The notes: generated by a model from the letters alone, not told the origin. A DNA stretch of 64,000 nucleotides from Patiria miniata (GCF_015706575.1 NW_024037060.1:2792515-2856514), one strand, 5' to 3'; counted from the first letter of the stretch, positions 38,834-50,956 are shown. Made by a program: numbers and translations.

Positions 38834-41800
38834 GTAAGTACAATTTCATTTATAGTATGTAGACCTCTATTTTAGTAAGTTACATTTCCTTGTTTTGTAT
38901 TTTTTATATTTATTTTTGCAATTTGAAAAAGAACCAGAACCTTTAATGTTGTTTTGCGTGGCTGAGCGTAAGTTTTTTTTGTGTGCAAGAACTACTTGTG
39001 CTAAAATTTTTAAAAATTGTGCATTTATAAAGACAAATGTCAAACTAGAAAGCAACAATTTTATTTAAGATGGAAGAATTATTTTAATGCATTCCCCCCC
39101 CCCCCAATTCATGACCTTTAGAAAACATAATTTATAAATTGTAAGTTTTTTGTATACTTGTACAAGAAAAAGAGGGTTTTTTTTATTTTATTTTTTTTAT
39201 TATGAATAACTAACCTTTTCCTTCTATTTGCCAAGCCTATTTTGCAGATTTAGTTTTGCATGGCCTTTTGTGAGGGCACATTTGCATGAAAAAAACATAT
39301 ATGTGGTTACATATCCAAACAAGGTTTTGGTACAGACATTTCTTGAGCCAGCTGTAAAATATTGGTCAGATATTGTATTGTCATATTTTGCTGCTTCCAT
39401 TTTGGTGTACCTGGTTCAACTCCCCCCCATATAGTCGTGGTCTGAAACCGGACTTGGAGTTTGTTCTCCTAATATCGCAGGCATTCCTGATTCCTAACAA
39501 GTGTAGTCGAGTCTCCTGAGCGGTAGAGGGCGCCTTGAGCTAGGTGAATCAAGTCTAGTCCGAAGAAATTCCGAGCACACCTCATGCATGCAGCTAATCC
39601 GTGAGTGTGTGTTGTATGCTTGGGAGTTTCTTTGGGTCTGAGTGCCAATGTTCCCAAGCCTGGATCTGATTCATCTTGTCAATAGCGCCCTCTACCAACG
39701 GGGAAGCTTGACCCAGCTTGTCAGGGACTGTCTGGCTGCAAACAAACTCTAAATCCAGTCTTTGCCAAGACTAACTCCCCCGCGGCTCCCTGCTACTTCT
39801 TAAAGGATGTTTCTGTTCTACCCTCATCCGCCCTCATTCCGTGGTCTCATGTGATAGAACGTTTTAGAAAAGCACTGACAGAATAGACCATAAGAACAAG
39901 AAAAATCTTGGTTGAATTGAGTAAAGACTAGATGTAGTAGCCGTCTTTGCCATGTTCCATTTGACCACCATGCAATTCACCATGAAGTGAAATATTGTGT
40001 TTGAGGTGCCAGACTATGTATTTGGCTCACTGAATTTGTGAAGGAAAGAATCTTTCCTTGTGCAGTCACCCTTGGGAACCCTTTCTAACTGTGACGGGGG
40101 TTTAGGGAAAATAACACACATCTTGTCCGCCCCTGCAGACGCAATCACAATGAGTTTGGGGGTTTGTTCGTTTTTTAGATTAGGGGGGGGGGGGGGGGGG
40201 GATAAGGAAAATAGTTTCATCTGTCCCAAGTCTGAATAAATCACTGAAACAGAATAATCCAAAATAAACCAGAATCTCAATTGCTCAAATCTTGTTTTCA
40301 GAATGGATATTTTTTTTAGGATGGTTTGTAGATTTTTCCTACTTCTTTTACTTTAAGTCTATAAAAAAACTGTCTTCTGCATGATACCTTGTCCCTCATT
40401 AGCATTCCTTTCCCCAATTCTCGCCATCTTAGATTCCACAAGGGCAACCAGTATCCCTATGGTCTCTTTCACTTCGGTATCGCCTCTCTAGCCCATTTCG
40501 CTGAGCAATCCTACAAGCACGTCCAAGGGTCACCGGTCCTCCCTCCACCCGCCCCCTTGTGAGTACCTCTGCCCTGCCAGGGCAACTGTAGTTTCGGTTC
40601 AAAACCGAATTTGGATTTTTGTTCACATAATACAGTCGGACCGTAGCTAGTGCAGTCAAGCAGCTTGGAACGTAAAGGATGCTGTATGTACATGGACAGG
40701 ATGAATCAAAATCCACTGTAGGGCCGCGCAAAATCCAAATCCGTCTTGAACCGATACTATCATTGCTGCAAATGAAAGACACATCTTAGTAGAAGGTCCA
40801 CGCTCGCTAATTGTTCCTTCTCATTGTTCCATGCTAAATTTTTGCATTGCCTAGCCAAAATTGGATACCCTCATATCACCCTCGAAGATATTTCAAAATC
40901 AACAAGTAGGTTTTTGAAGAATTTTGGAAGATTGAGGAAGGTAGTGACAAGCCACTATGAATTTACATGGGGCTTAATACACACCTGAAAGTTAAATTTA
41001 AAAAAATAATGTTTGTTTTTTGCAATTTGTAGATCTTGTAGGAATCGGAAAAATTCCTTTTAAAAATGCTGTGAATTGTTAATAATTAATAAGGTTTTCA
41101 TTATTTCACAGTTACATGTACCAAAGAACCTCAGAGAAACACACAACGTATTCCCACAGCATCAAGCAAATCCATCTTTGTATGGACACTTTGCCGTGTC
41201 TGTGTAGCACCTCATAGATCAAATGTGAGGCTTTCGGTGACCTTTCAAAAGATGTGTCATTTAGTTTGCAGCAATTAACACTGTGGGAGGTGTGGCTCAG
41301 TGAAAATAAAGTATTAACTCGTCATCCCACTGTATCCAATTTTGGTTTGATTTTTCACGAACAAATACAGTAAAGTGTGGCATACACACTTTCGAATCTT
41401 GTAATGCCAGAAGGATTTTTGCATTTTGTTTGAGGTGTTGGTTTATAAAAAGATATAAAAAGTGGTTGAGTTGTACTGCTTAAAACAGATACAAAAAATG
41501 ACACCATCAAGTTGGGATGATCAAGTCATATTTATATTCATTGGGTCACAATTCCAACACTCAAAACTCAAGAAATAGAAGTATGAGTTACTGTCCTGCT
41601 TCAAATCTAGAATGAAAGATGAGAAAATGTACAAGATACACTATAAGATGATCAACGGACCTGCCGAACGACTGGAAACGTGGCTGTCTACTGGTCACAA
41701 GACCAACAAAGCTAACAAAGTGCCTAGAGAACGGACCCGAGTGTGAGTCTAGTATTAAAACACAAGCAGTACAAAATATCAAACAGGCTTCCCACCTAAT

Positions 41801-42393
41801 GTACAAGTCTCCTGCAAGTTGTTTCTTTCAAACAATTGCTCTCACAGTAACTAATGCCATATTTCATGTTAGAAAATACAAGTAGAAATCTCTACATATT
41901 TTGCTGCCAAGCTTGTTAATGCCTCTCTGCCAGTGTTTTTGAGAACTGGAACCTTTTTAATTTATTGGAACTTTGACTAAGATCATTGTTTTTTACGGTG
42001 AGAGAGTGACAATCAACAATTGAACATTTTGTAATGTTGCACAGATAAACATTTTGTGCAGTTGTGACTTTCTTGCAAAACTGACCATAAACAAAACAGT
42101 GACCCCCCCCCAAAAAAAACAATTGATGTCAGTGTGGGATTTCTTTCCTCTTTTTGCAATGACGAACCAGCAAGATTTGGATGAGTGATCTCCAGACTGG
42201 TTCCTGTCCCCTTCTTTCATGTAGTCTAGAATATAGTGGAAGGGATTGAGAACCAGTCTCATCAAAACCTTGCCAGCCCTGGCACAAGCAGAATTCAACA
42301 ATGGTTTCAATTTACTAAACGAATTTCATCTCTGACGTTCAGTTTAACAACACGCCTGTCATTGAACTCAATTTCAATACTGTCTTTCCTCAG

Positions 42394-42430
42394 TGATGAC
42401 TTGACCGAAGATATCGCCAAAAAATTGAAG
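42394..42430 (+). CDS. Exon 6, a short exon encoding (F)DDLTEDIAKKLK.
   Basis: The acceptor is tttcctcag and the donor is GTAAGC. The phase links exons 5 and 7. Additional exons between 38833 and 42394 cannot be excluded. Confidence 0.45.
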
Positions 42431-42840
42431 GTAAGCAACTGATTTTTTTTTATGTAGTATTATGTTACACTAAATGAGGAGAATTACTGAAAAATAAATC
42501 TTGCAGATGAAATGGTTGGATTGCAAACATATTTTTGGACGGTTTCTGGCTTGTCGTGCATTTGACATTCTCCCGGCCAGCTACTGCCAAAATCAGTTGA
42601 ATTCCAACAACTTGGATTGATGGTACAAAAGAGATCCAGTTTTTAAATTAATTGTTGCAAATTTTTTTTCAAAATTTTATTTGCTTTGTAAAATTTGTGA
42701 AAAAAAACTCTTTGCGTCTGTGATGGTTCAGTTATTCACTCACTGCAAAGCAAAGGCACTTTGTGAGATTCAATTCAGATAGACCACAAAAGGAACACTG
42801 ACTGTGTGCATTATAATTTTGAAAGTTGAACAAAGAAATT

Positions 42841-42917
42841 GACTGGAGTGGGGTTTGAACCTGTGACCTCTGGATTGCCGTTTCGTTGCTCTACCAACTG
42901 AGCTATCCAGCCCTAAT
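42841..42917 (-). repeat. A tRNA-derived element. On the minus strand it reads GGGCTGGATAGCTCAGTTGGTAGAGCA…GGTTCAAACCCC. It is probably a SINE head or a pseudo-tRNA rather than a functional tRNA.
   Basis: A and B box-like D-arm (TAGCTCAGTTGGTAGAGC) and T-arm (GGTTCAAAC) are present. The anticodon and T stems do not pair, and the acceptor 3' strand is mismatched. Confidence 0.45.
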
Positions 42918-43039
42918 TTTGGCAGTTCTGCAATTTGTTAGTGTCTTTGTTCGCAGGGCGCTAGTTGGAGGCCATAAGCCCATCATGACTTTAGGCGTGA
43001 TCCCTGGCTACGTGGCATACGGGCTTATGGCTTCTGACT

Positions 43040-43125
43040 AGCACCCCTTGAATTACCCTCAGTTGGTAGAACACAGGAACAGCAATCTGGCGGTTGCAGG
43101 TTTAAGGCCCTCTCAAGTCAATCTC
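43040..43125 (+). repeat. A second, more degraded tRNA-like copy (…CCTCAGTTGGTAGAAC…CAGCAATCTGGCGGTTGCAGGTTTAAGGCCC). It is inverted relative to 42841-42917 and lies next to a 21-bp hairpin at 42961-43050.
   Basis: The sequence is similar to the first copy. It lies just upstream of the TMX TM exon. Confidence 0.35.
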
Positions 43126-43170
43126 TGATAGTTTGTTTGATAGTTCAGCTTTCATTTTCTTTTTTTCTAG

Positions 43171-43248
43171 GCGGTGCAGCCAGAAAGTAAAGGCATCTTC
43201 TTCCTTATTTTCGGAGGCTTGTTGGTGTTCGTCTTGGTCCTCTGTAAG
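43171..43248 (+). CDS. Exon 7. It encodes the transmembrane segment AVQPESKGIFFLIFGGLLVFVLVLCK. The cytoplasmic tail exon(s) were not identified.
   Basis: The acceptor is tttttttctag and the donor is GTATTT. A 20-residue hydrophobic helix follows the Trx domains, which is the TMX-like architecture. Confidence 0.6.
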
Positions 43249-44613
43249 GTATTTATGACATCCCCAAATCGTCAGTCCGGTACCGGAGGTGGGCCTAAAA
43301 AGGGTGTCTAACTACAGTGTGGTAGATTAGTAACATGTAACTAGGTATACAAGTGTTCACTTTTTTCACTTGGAACTATGTATGTGAAATGTCCAATATT
43401 TCTGACATATCTTCATGCTTCCTAACATTTTTACTCATTTTGTGATTGAAAGTTTCGAACATTAGGCCTGAGAAGAGTTTTAGTGCATTGTTATTGTGCA
43501 GTCCCCAGTACTTTTTATAATAGGTGTAAGTTAAAAGGAAGAATTTTAAACTCAACCTACAAAAGCTGATGTAAATTTATTCGTATATTACAAACATTTT
43601 GTTCTGTACCAACCAGGATGAAGTAAATTCATTAAGGTAACGGCATACGTCACAATGAAACTTCAATTGTCATGAAATTCTCTTTGTTTGCACAAAGTAT
43701 TTGAACTGGCCTTTGAATTGGTAGGAGGCGTTGTCTTGGTTTTCCATATTTTTAAAAATAAAATGCAGAGTTACCATTATTGGTTTTGATAAGGCTGAAA
43801 GCTGGCTTTTCTACGTTAAAGCTTTTTTCTCAGTTAAAAGGTGTTGGAAATTAAAGGTGATATACAACAATTAAAAACATCAACAAACAAAACTACCAAA
43901 TTATTATGAAACATCTTTACTTGGCTGTAAGTTAATAATAGTCTCAAGCATCCTGTGAAATCATGGCACCTGATTTTGGGGAAACAAACTGACTTTTTTC
44001 CAAATATTGCCTTAATTTACTTAATTTAGTTAGGCCACACTTTGTTTGCAATCAGGTACATATCCGTGAACAGATGCAAATCAGCTAGTGTGGTTCCCTG
44101 ACGTCTACAAATTGCTTCGATTTTTCTGAAGTAGGGTCAGGAAACCAGACTACAAGAACAGCATTTTTTTCTAGGTTTTTCCAGCATCTATGAACACAAA
44201 ACTTTAAACAGGTCAGTGAAACAATAATTGCTATGACATACCGATTCATACCAACCACAAATCCATCCATTTCTGAAAATTACAGAAAAAGCAAATGTTG
44301 TATATCACCTTTAGGCAATGAACAACAATACTAATTGACATTTGAAAAAGATCTTTTTTTTTTACTTCTTACCTCAAGTTCCAATCACATATAAAATATT
44401 GAGTCTCATGTTTTTCTTCTATGAAATGTGTCATAGTGCAGTAGAAAGTCGCTGATACTTGCCAAATGCCCAAACATTCATTCAAGTGCCATTAACATTT
44501 ACATTGAGTTATGTAATTTATATAAAATATTTAAATTGTTTGTGTTTTTCTGTTATTATTGAAATTATCAATATGTACTTACAGTTATTGTATAAATCAT
44601 GTTTTAAGGTTAG

Positions 44614-44954
44614 GCCAAAAAAAAAAATAAGTCGGTCTCTGGTCAGCGCGCGCGTCGACTTTAATCATGCGCGTCGATCTTTATTTTTTCCAAAATGTTC
44701 CGCGGTAGCTCCAACAGCGCCCTCTATTTCCGCACCTCCTCAATTTTGTTAACCAAAGAGCACCAAGGAATGGGAAATTGCACCAAGGCAAATTATGGAG
44801 GACACCAATGTACATGAGGACACCAAAAAAGCAAAATAGTACCCACCTTGTCTGTACAATCCAAGCTTGAAGAAAAAGAAAAAAAAGAAGCTGCGTTGCC
44901 GCGTCAATTCCGGACCTTTGGTCTGACCAGAGGCCGAATATTTTTTTTTTGGCC
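44614..44954. mobile_element. A second copy of the GGCCAAAAAAAA…TTTTTTTTGGCC MITE family, about 340 bp, inside the TMX-like gene downstream of its TM exon.
   Basis: The TIRs lie at 44614-44660 and 44915-44954. The internal GCGCGCGCGTCGAC block is shared with the first copy. The flanks are TTA / TTAA. Confidence 0.7.
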
Positions 44955-45791
44955 TTAATTGAGCCTTTTTGAAGAGAGTCAATTTTCAGGGAAAAGCTTT
45001 AGTTTACTAATATAATAGAATAGAAAATGTAGGAATACTTAGGTTAATCATGATGATAATTTGTATTGAAACAGGCGATTTTCTTAGAGGAATTTCCAAT
45101 TTTCTGTTATATCTGTTATAGTTATTGTGAAGGGTTGCTACGTGTTATTATGTTTTCCTCTTTTTGCATGCAATATTTTTGATGATTATACACTAATTTT
45201 GGAAACAAATTAGCCATTTGTGGCTAATGTCAATTGATTTACCTTTACAATATACATGGTCATTGAGAAGAGTAAATGGCAGCCTTCTAGAGTATTATTT
45301 TACAATATTCTTTTTTAATTCACATTTAGTGGGTTTTTTTTTCAAAATAAGCATAGGCCCTGTTTAGTATTGTAGCTATACTATATCCAGTGTAACCTTA
45401 TTAAGTTGTATTGGATTTTTTTAATCCAAAAATAAGGGTTTTTTTCTCACTTTTATATACATGTACATGTAGTGTGTTATCCTCGGTGGTAGAGATTGTG
45501 CATGCTTATTTACTTAAAAAAAGTTAAATAAAAAAAAAATGAAACAAAAAAACAAGTGTTATTAGACTGATTTGTAAACAGTTGATTGCTTGCCTGGTTG
45601 CTGAATTTGCTGTCTTGGTTGGTTGGTTCAGGGGGAGAGGAGGGGGGGGGGGGGGCACGTGCAAAGTCAAGGTATCCCCACAAATAAAATTCGAAATTTG
45701 GCGCTTACCAAGGAAGTGTCTTTTTTGAAAGTATTTTGTTTAGTTATTAAAATGGAGAGGGATCTTGATGACCATTTTGACTTCCCTTAAC

Positions 45792-46115
45792 CAAAGACGG
45801 ATCCAGAACAATTTTTTTTTTAGGGGGGGGGGCCAAAAACTTTGTTTGGGTCCCCCAAAAAGTGGGTGCCACAAATTACGGCGTGGGGTTCGGGGCCCGC
45901 TTTATTGGGGGATCTGGAAAATGGATTCTAGATGCTCTGTGGTGCGATCTGAGACTATTTCTGACCACTTTAACTAAATCTTTTGGAGGGAAAGAAGGTG
46001 GTGTACGCTGTGCCTGCCTTTATTGGGACGCCACTTAAACAAAACAAAAATTGGTTTCGTTTTTTTTGGGGGGGGGGGATGGCCCCCGTTGCCCCCCCCC
46101 CCCGATCCGCCCTTG
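45792..46115 (+). mobile_element. A hAT-like MITE copy A. Its termini read CAAAGACGGATCCAGA…GATCCGCCCTTG and are rich in G and C homopolymer tracts.
   Basis: It aligns along its whole length to the reverse complement of 48231-48524. It lies 1.1 kb upstream of the subtilase start codon. Confidence 0.7.
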
Positions 46116-47264
46116 CCATTTAGCCGTACAACGGCTTTATGGAAATATGAATAAATTGCCCTCTAGCGTCAAAAAAGGTCTCCCCTCTCCCGCTTTTCGA
46201 ATTTGCAGCTCTTGCTGTGGCCTGGAAATGTGGGAGAAATATTGTTGGGTCCCCCTTGGTGCCCCTTCATAACATACTGGTGCCCTCTCCCCCCCCCCCC
46301 CTTTTTTTTTTTTTTTTTTTTTAAAGTTCTGGCTACCACTGGATGGAAATGATAGCGTGTCCGGATCGAACTTTATACCTGTATCTATGGAGAGCAGAAA
46401 AGAGTCGTGTAGTGCTATCGAATTGGAGAACCCGTTAAGTCAGTGATAGTAGCCACTCCAAATGAACTGAATAGCATTTTGTGCGTTCTTGGACCAGTTT
46501 TACCAGGCCTTCCTTGCCCTACTGTCTCGTTCGTGTGCCCCAAGTTGACTGTTCCTCAGTTCCCTCCAAGTTCAGAAAACAAAGATTCTAAGTAAATTGA
46601 CAGATCCTAAGTTAATAGACATAATCTCTATGCGTGTTTTGTAAGTTATCGCCAAGGTGCGAGGCGTATTTGAACAACGAGAAACCATCGCGTCAAACTT
46701 TGAACTTTAAACAAGTGAGATAAAGGTCACTTGAACCTGATGTGGACACTGCAATCGTTAGATGTTCCAATTGAATTACTGTGAATTGAAATTAGGCTAA
46801 TGCGGTTGTTGTGTTATCATGTAACTACTACTCATACAAGGTAACTTTATTCATGAAAGTACTAACTTCGGGCTTCGTGAGTGCAAATCCGTGGTGTGTA
46901 ACTTCTTTGGCTTGAAGGTGAAGTAAAGGGTATGTTTCAATTCTTCTGGATACCGATATTTGTGGTAATATTTGAATGAATTATGTTGCCATAAAACTTT
47001 GTCCGTTGCAAAATATCATTATACTTACGATGTACTGGCCTTCATTCCTGATATAGGTATAGAAGGTTTTTTTTTCGAGAACGGAAAGTATTACCGATGT
47101 CTCCATGTATGAAATTACTATGGCTAAAAAACAAACCATGTAGCAAAACTGTTAAAGCTTTGCTTCGTGTGCCTGATCCGATCAATTGCCAGGGTTAAAG
47201 ACAACTCCTAAACAAAAAAGCACACACTAAGTTTTCTTTCTTGCAGTAAATTTCGTCCTGCAAC

Positions 47265-47378
47265 ATGAGAACCGTTGTTCTGTTGTGTTTGTGCCTCGTG
47301 CTGGTACTCGGCGATCCGCTGGCCCCACTCTACCACACTGAGGATCCTGTGCCCAACATGTACATCGTCAAAATAAAG
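47265..47378 (+). CDS. Subtilase gene coding exon 1: MRTVVLLCLCLVLVLGDPLAPLYHTEDPVPNMYIVKIK, a signal peptide and the start of the I9 propeptide. The exon itself begins at an acceptor at 47247, so a 5'UTR exon lies upstream.
   Basis: The ATG sits 18 nt downstream of the acceptor ttttctttcttgcag. The exon ends at a GC donor AAG|GCAAGT. The only GT alternatives break the frame or delete the YIVKIK propeptide motif. Confidence 0.8.
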
Positions 47379-47929
47379 GCAAGTCTTGAAAGTTTACATT
47401 TTTCTTAATCCCATTATTTTCTTAATTATTCGTTACCAGGTTGGTGATGGCAACGCCATTTGACCTGGTTTTTTTTTACGGTTAACATTCTGTAAAATTC
47501 TGTGAAGTATTTCAGACCTTCTCTATACCGTGTCCCGACTCCCGAAACTCTTGAATGTATGTAAACAAAACTACGTTCTGCTGCACAATATTTTCTTTAA
47601 GTCAAAGGAAGTAAAATGTTGTTGCTCTTGCAAAAGTATTTGTTACAATTAGAGAAAGCTTCACAGGAACAATGGCCGAACCCGGTGATCGTAACAATGA
47701 AACCATTAAATTGAATGTAGTTCATAAACTTCATACATAGCGGGTTTCAGTTGCCCCACATCGAAATGATACTCTCTGGTTTTACAGAAATTGCATGCGA
47801 TTTAATATTACCAGCAACCTTGATCCTACATCGAGGTTGTATAAATAAGGTGGAGATTTCTCCCTCACTATCGGCAATGCAACACTTTTTACAAAGTGAT
47901 GCCTTAACTTGAATTATCTTTCATAACAG

Positions 47930-48067
47930 GACAGTGTCGAAGCGGCTTTTCGAGAGGGCAGATTGCAAGAGCAGATGGGAAGGGCTGGACTTCTAACTGC
48001 TGTCAGGAGAACTACTCGTTTCTTGAACACTGTTGTTATGGAAATCCCGGAAGATAAAGTGGACTCG
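47930..48067 (+). CDS. Subtilase exon 2: DSVEAAFREGRLQEQMGRAGLLTAVRRTTRFLNTVVMEIPEDKVDS, the inhibitor_I9 propeptide.
   Basis: This is the only open frame. The acceptor is tcataacag and the donor is GTGAGC. Confidence 0.85.
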
Positions 48068-48230
48068 GTGAGCTGACTTTGCTACTTTTAACGCGATAAA
48101 TACCGAACTGGATGGGTTTTTTTTCGCCGAATGTAATTGTACTTGAGCGGGTAGATTAAAACAATTGAAACGGAGTTTTTTTTACATAGAAAGGGTGCAT
48201 AACTTGTATCGTTAGCTGCGCAAGGGCGGA

Positions 48231-48524
48231 TCCAGAGGGAAGCAAAAGGGGCCTTACGCCCTCCCCCCCCCCCCAAAAGTACAAATTATTTTTTTAAAGT
48301 GACATCGCAATAAAGGCCACCACTGCTTCCCCACAATCTTTTCCTCAAAAAAATTAGTTAAAGTGGTCAGAAATTGCTTCAGATCGCACTACAGGGCATT
48401 TAGAATCCAAAAGATATTTGGGGACCCCGCACCGTCATTTTTTTGTACCAACTTTTTTGGGGGACGACAATTTTTTTGGGCCCGAAAAAAAATTGTATTT
48501 TGGATCCGCCCTTGTATAGCTGCG
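48231..48524 (-). mobile_element. A hAT-like MITE copy B, inverted relative to copy A. Its TIR is CAAGGGCGGATCCA. An 8-bp target-site duplication TAGCTGCG is intact on both flanks. It sits in subtilase intron 2.
   Basis: The terminal 14-bp inverted repeats are exact. The flanks read …cgtTAGCTGCG|caaggg… and …cccttg|taTAGCTGCGcg…. An 8-bp TSD is characteristic of the hAT superfamily. Confidence 0.75.
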
Positions 48525-48959
48525 CGCCGGCAGATTTGAATTTGGTTGAATAAGTTGCCGCGGAGATGGAGGTCTCTATCAACGAGATAATCAAATCCCA
48601 GTCTTGTCAATATTGGCAACGCTACCCGCCAGTACCCGGTAAATTCCGAGCATACCTCACGCGCCCGCTTTGGGCCAAGACTATACGTCCGAATTTGTCT
48701 ATGGCTTGAAATTATAGACATACTGAAGCGGCTGACCAGAGATACTGACCGAATGCAAGTAGGCTAATAGTTAATCTAACATTTGGTCGGATCTTGGGGA
48801 TTTTCTAACTTTAGTGGACCTTGACGAATATTACCTTCCTCAAAATAAAATATTTTCAACATCAACTTGAGCATTAGTTCTACTTGTGTAATTTTTTTCT
48901 CTGAGAAGTGAGCTTCATAATGGATTTTCAATGGGCTGGATTTTCCGTGAATGATTCAG

Positions 48960-49089
48960 GTTCGAGCCATCGACGGTGTGGAGTACGTCGAGCAAGATGG
49001 CATTGTGCACGCAACTGAGGTGGGATCCTGGGGACTAGACCGCATTGACCAGAGAGACCTACCACTCGATGGAAACTACTCTGCACCAG
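48960..49089 (+). CDS. Subtilase exon 3: VRAIDGVEYVEQDGIVHATEVGSWGLDRIDQRDLPLDGNYSAP, the propeptide end and the mature N-terminus.
   Basis: It contains the proteinase-K family signature SWGLDRIDQR. The acceptor is tgattcag and the donor is GTACTG. Confidence 0.9.
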
Positions 49090-49431
49090 GTACTGAGCAT
49101 GACTTTTTGTGTGTGAACAAAAGAGGGGGCGTTGTTTAGCCTGAACACGTGGCGTGTATTCTTCGCTGGTTTTGTTCGCTTTTGACCATTTCGTGTAGGC
49201 TAAGTAAAAATTCGAAGGTCACTAAAATAATTTGGGAACTCACATTTTCCGGCACTTAGCCGGTTTTGTGCATACGGAATTGTTTCGGTGATACATATTC
49301 TACACTACAACGTTTCGAACATTTTTTTTTATTAGAGACATTCGCACGTCGGCATTAGTGCGCAAACATTAAGTTGGGTCACGAATCATACAGTCGACCA
49401 GTGGTGCTCGAACTTGCTTCTTGCTTGACAG

Positions 49432-49686
49432 GTGACGGTGAGGGCGTGCGTGTTTACGTGATTGACACGGGAGTTCGCCACACCCACGAGGAGTTCGAGG
49501 GCCGAGCCCACCTCGGGTACGACGTGTTCGATGACGGCTGGGGCGGCGGCGACTGCGGCGGGCACGGCACACACTGCGCCGGTACCATCGGTGGCAAGAC
49601 GTACGGTGTGGCCAAGAAGGTTACCATCTGGGCTGTCCGGGTACTGGACTGCTCCGGGTCGGGGACTTGGTCCGGTGTCCAAGAAG
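49432..49686 (+). CDS. Subtilase exon 4: [55 protein letters not shown]…[16 protein letters not shown]. It contains the catalytic Asp (DTG) and His (HGTHCAG).
   Basis: The exon is GC3-rich, about 68% GC. It ends at a second GC donor GAAG|GCAAGT. Alignment to proteinase K (GSGQYSTIIAGMDFV versus [15 protein letters not shown]) requires this donor. Confidence 0.85.
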
Positions 49687-50037
49687 GCAAGTTGGTTTCA
49701 GACAAGTATTTGAAAACGTCCTTTCTACCGATTATTCTACAGGGAGGCTCCTGAACTATAGAGTGTGTCAGCTCATGCCAAAAATGCATACCCCCGATCC
49801 AAGGCTCAGTCTGTGCGATCCTGTGACCTAGAAGTTGATGTACCAATTAGCTAAGACCAAACCTGGCCAGCTATGAGCAGGTCATTCAACCATCCACATC
49901 CTGATTACTGAATGTTTTTCTTCTATGCATGTTCGTGCGATCAGACCATGCACAGGCCATATGCTTAAGCAAGTAGACCCATCGCCTGGCTATTGTATTA
50001 CCAAATTTGATTGTGAATTCTTGATCTTGAACTCCAG

Positions 50038-50225
50038 GTATGGACTGGGTCATAGGTCATGCAGCTACTGCCCCTTCGGTTGCCTCCATGTCCCTGGGGG
50101 GAGGTAAGGTAGAATCCATCAACAATGCCGTGACCAGGATGCATAACGCGGGGATAACCGTGGTTGTATCGGCGGGAAATGACAACCGACCGGCATGCAT
50201 GAACTCACCGGCTAGCGCTCCCAAA
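50038..50225 (+). CDS. Subtilase exon 5: MDWVIGHAATAPSVASMSLGGGKVESINNAVTRMHNAGITVVVSAGNDNRPACMNSPASAPK. It contains the oxyanion-hole Asn.
   Basis: The acceptor is aactccag and the donor is GTGAGT. The exon is collinear with proteinase K …SLSLGGG…AAGNNNADA.NYSPAS.P. Confidence 0.9.
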
Positions 50226-50764
50226 GTGAGTATAGAACAAGACCGCGTCTGAACATTAACTGAGACAAAATGACGTCATGCTTTGTTGACATATTTGTTC
50301 TCTTATTGGTGTTTGGTGGCTCTCGTTCCCCACTTGGCTCTCAAAAGAAAGCGCGCTTGTAAACAAATCGTGAGGTCATTTTGTCTCTGAGCTGTGAAAA
50401 TTGGCTACGCCTGCATGATTACTGAATCTACTTTCCACATCAACTGCCGGCCGTAACCCAGTGTGTTTTGCCGCCGTGCAGACTACTCACACAAAACAGC
50501 GGAGACATCGCGTGCACCACGCGGAAAACCAGACCCCTGCATACACGGGTGCAGAATTAGCTATGGCGTTCATTATGTATTCAGGGCATTTATTGATTAA
50601 AAAAAATCATAATGCGGAAAAGCCCTATGTTCTGTTGCAAACAGACATAGACCTCTAGTTATGTCCTTCAACGCTGGCGCTCTTTATCAGCTTGCTCTTA
50701 ATCGAGGGGTACTTCGGCACGAAGTCTATGTCACAATTTTAACCCCACCTCTGTTTTCTTATAA

Positions 50765-50956
<192 letters not shown>

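Noticed and set aside
41112-41210. A possible extra TMX exon (acceptor ttatttcacag, reads FYMYQRTSEKHTTYSHSIKQIHLCMDTLPCLC then a stop).
   Set aside because: It is frame-compatible with exon 5 but runs into an in-frame stop with no good phase-matched donor, and it has no Trx similarity.
42841-42917. A functional tRNA gene.
   Set aside because: The D-arm and T-loop boxes are present, but the anticodon and T stems and the acceptor 3' strand do not pair. A related degraded copy lies nearby in inverted orientation, so it behaves as a SINE or pseudo-tRNA.
49386-49846. Long minus-strand ORFs (98 and 130 aa) and plus-strand ORF 49462-49713, overlapping subtilase exon 4.
   Set aside because: They are antisense or out-of-frame readings of a very GC-rich coding exon. 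They are proline and arginine-rich, have no domain signatures and no splice context. The subtilase frame is supported by family motifs.
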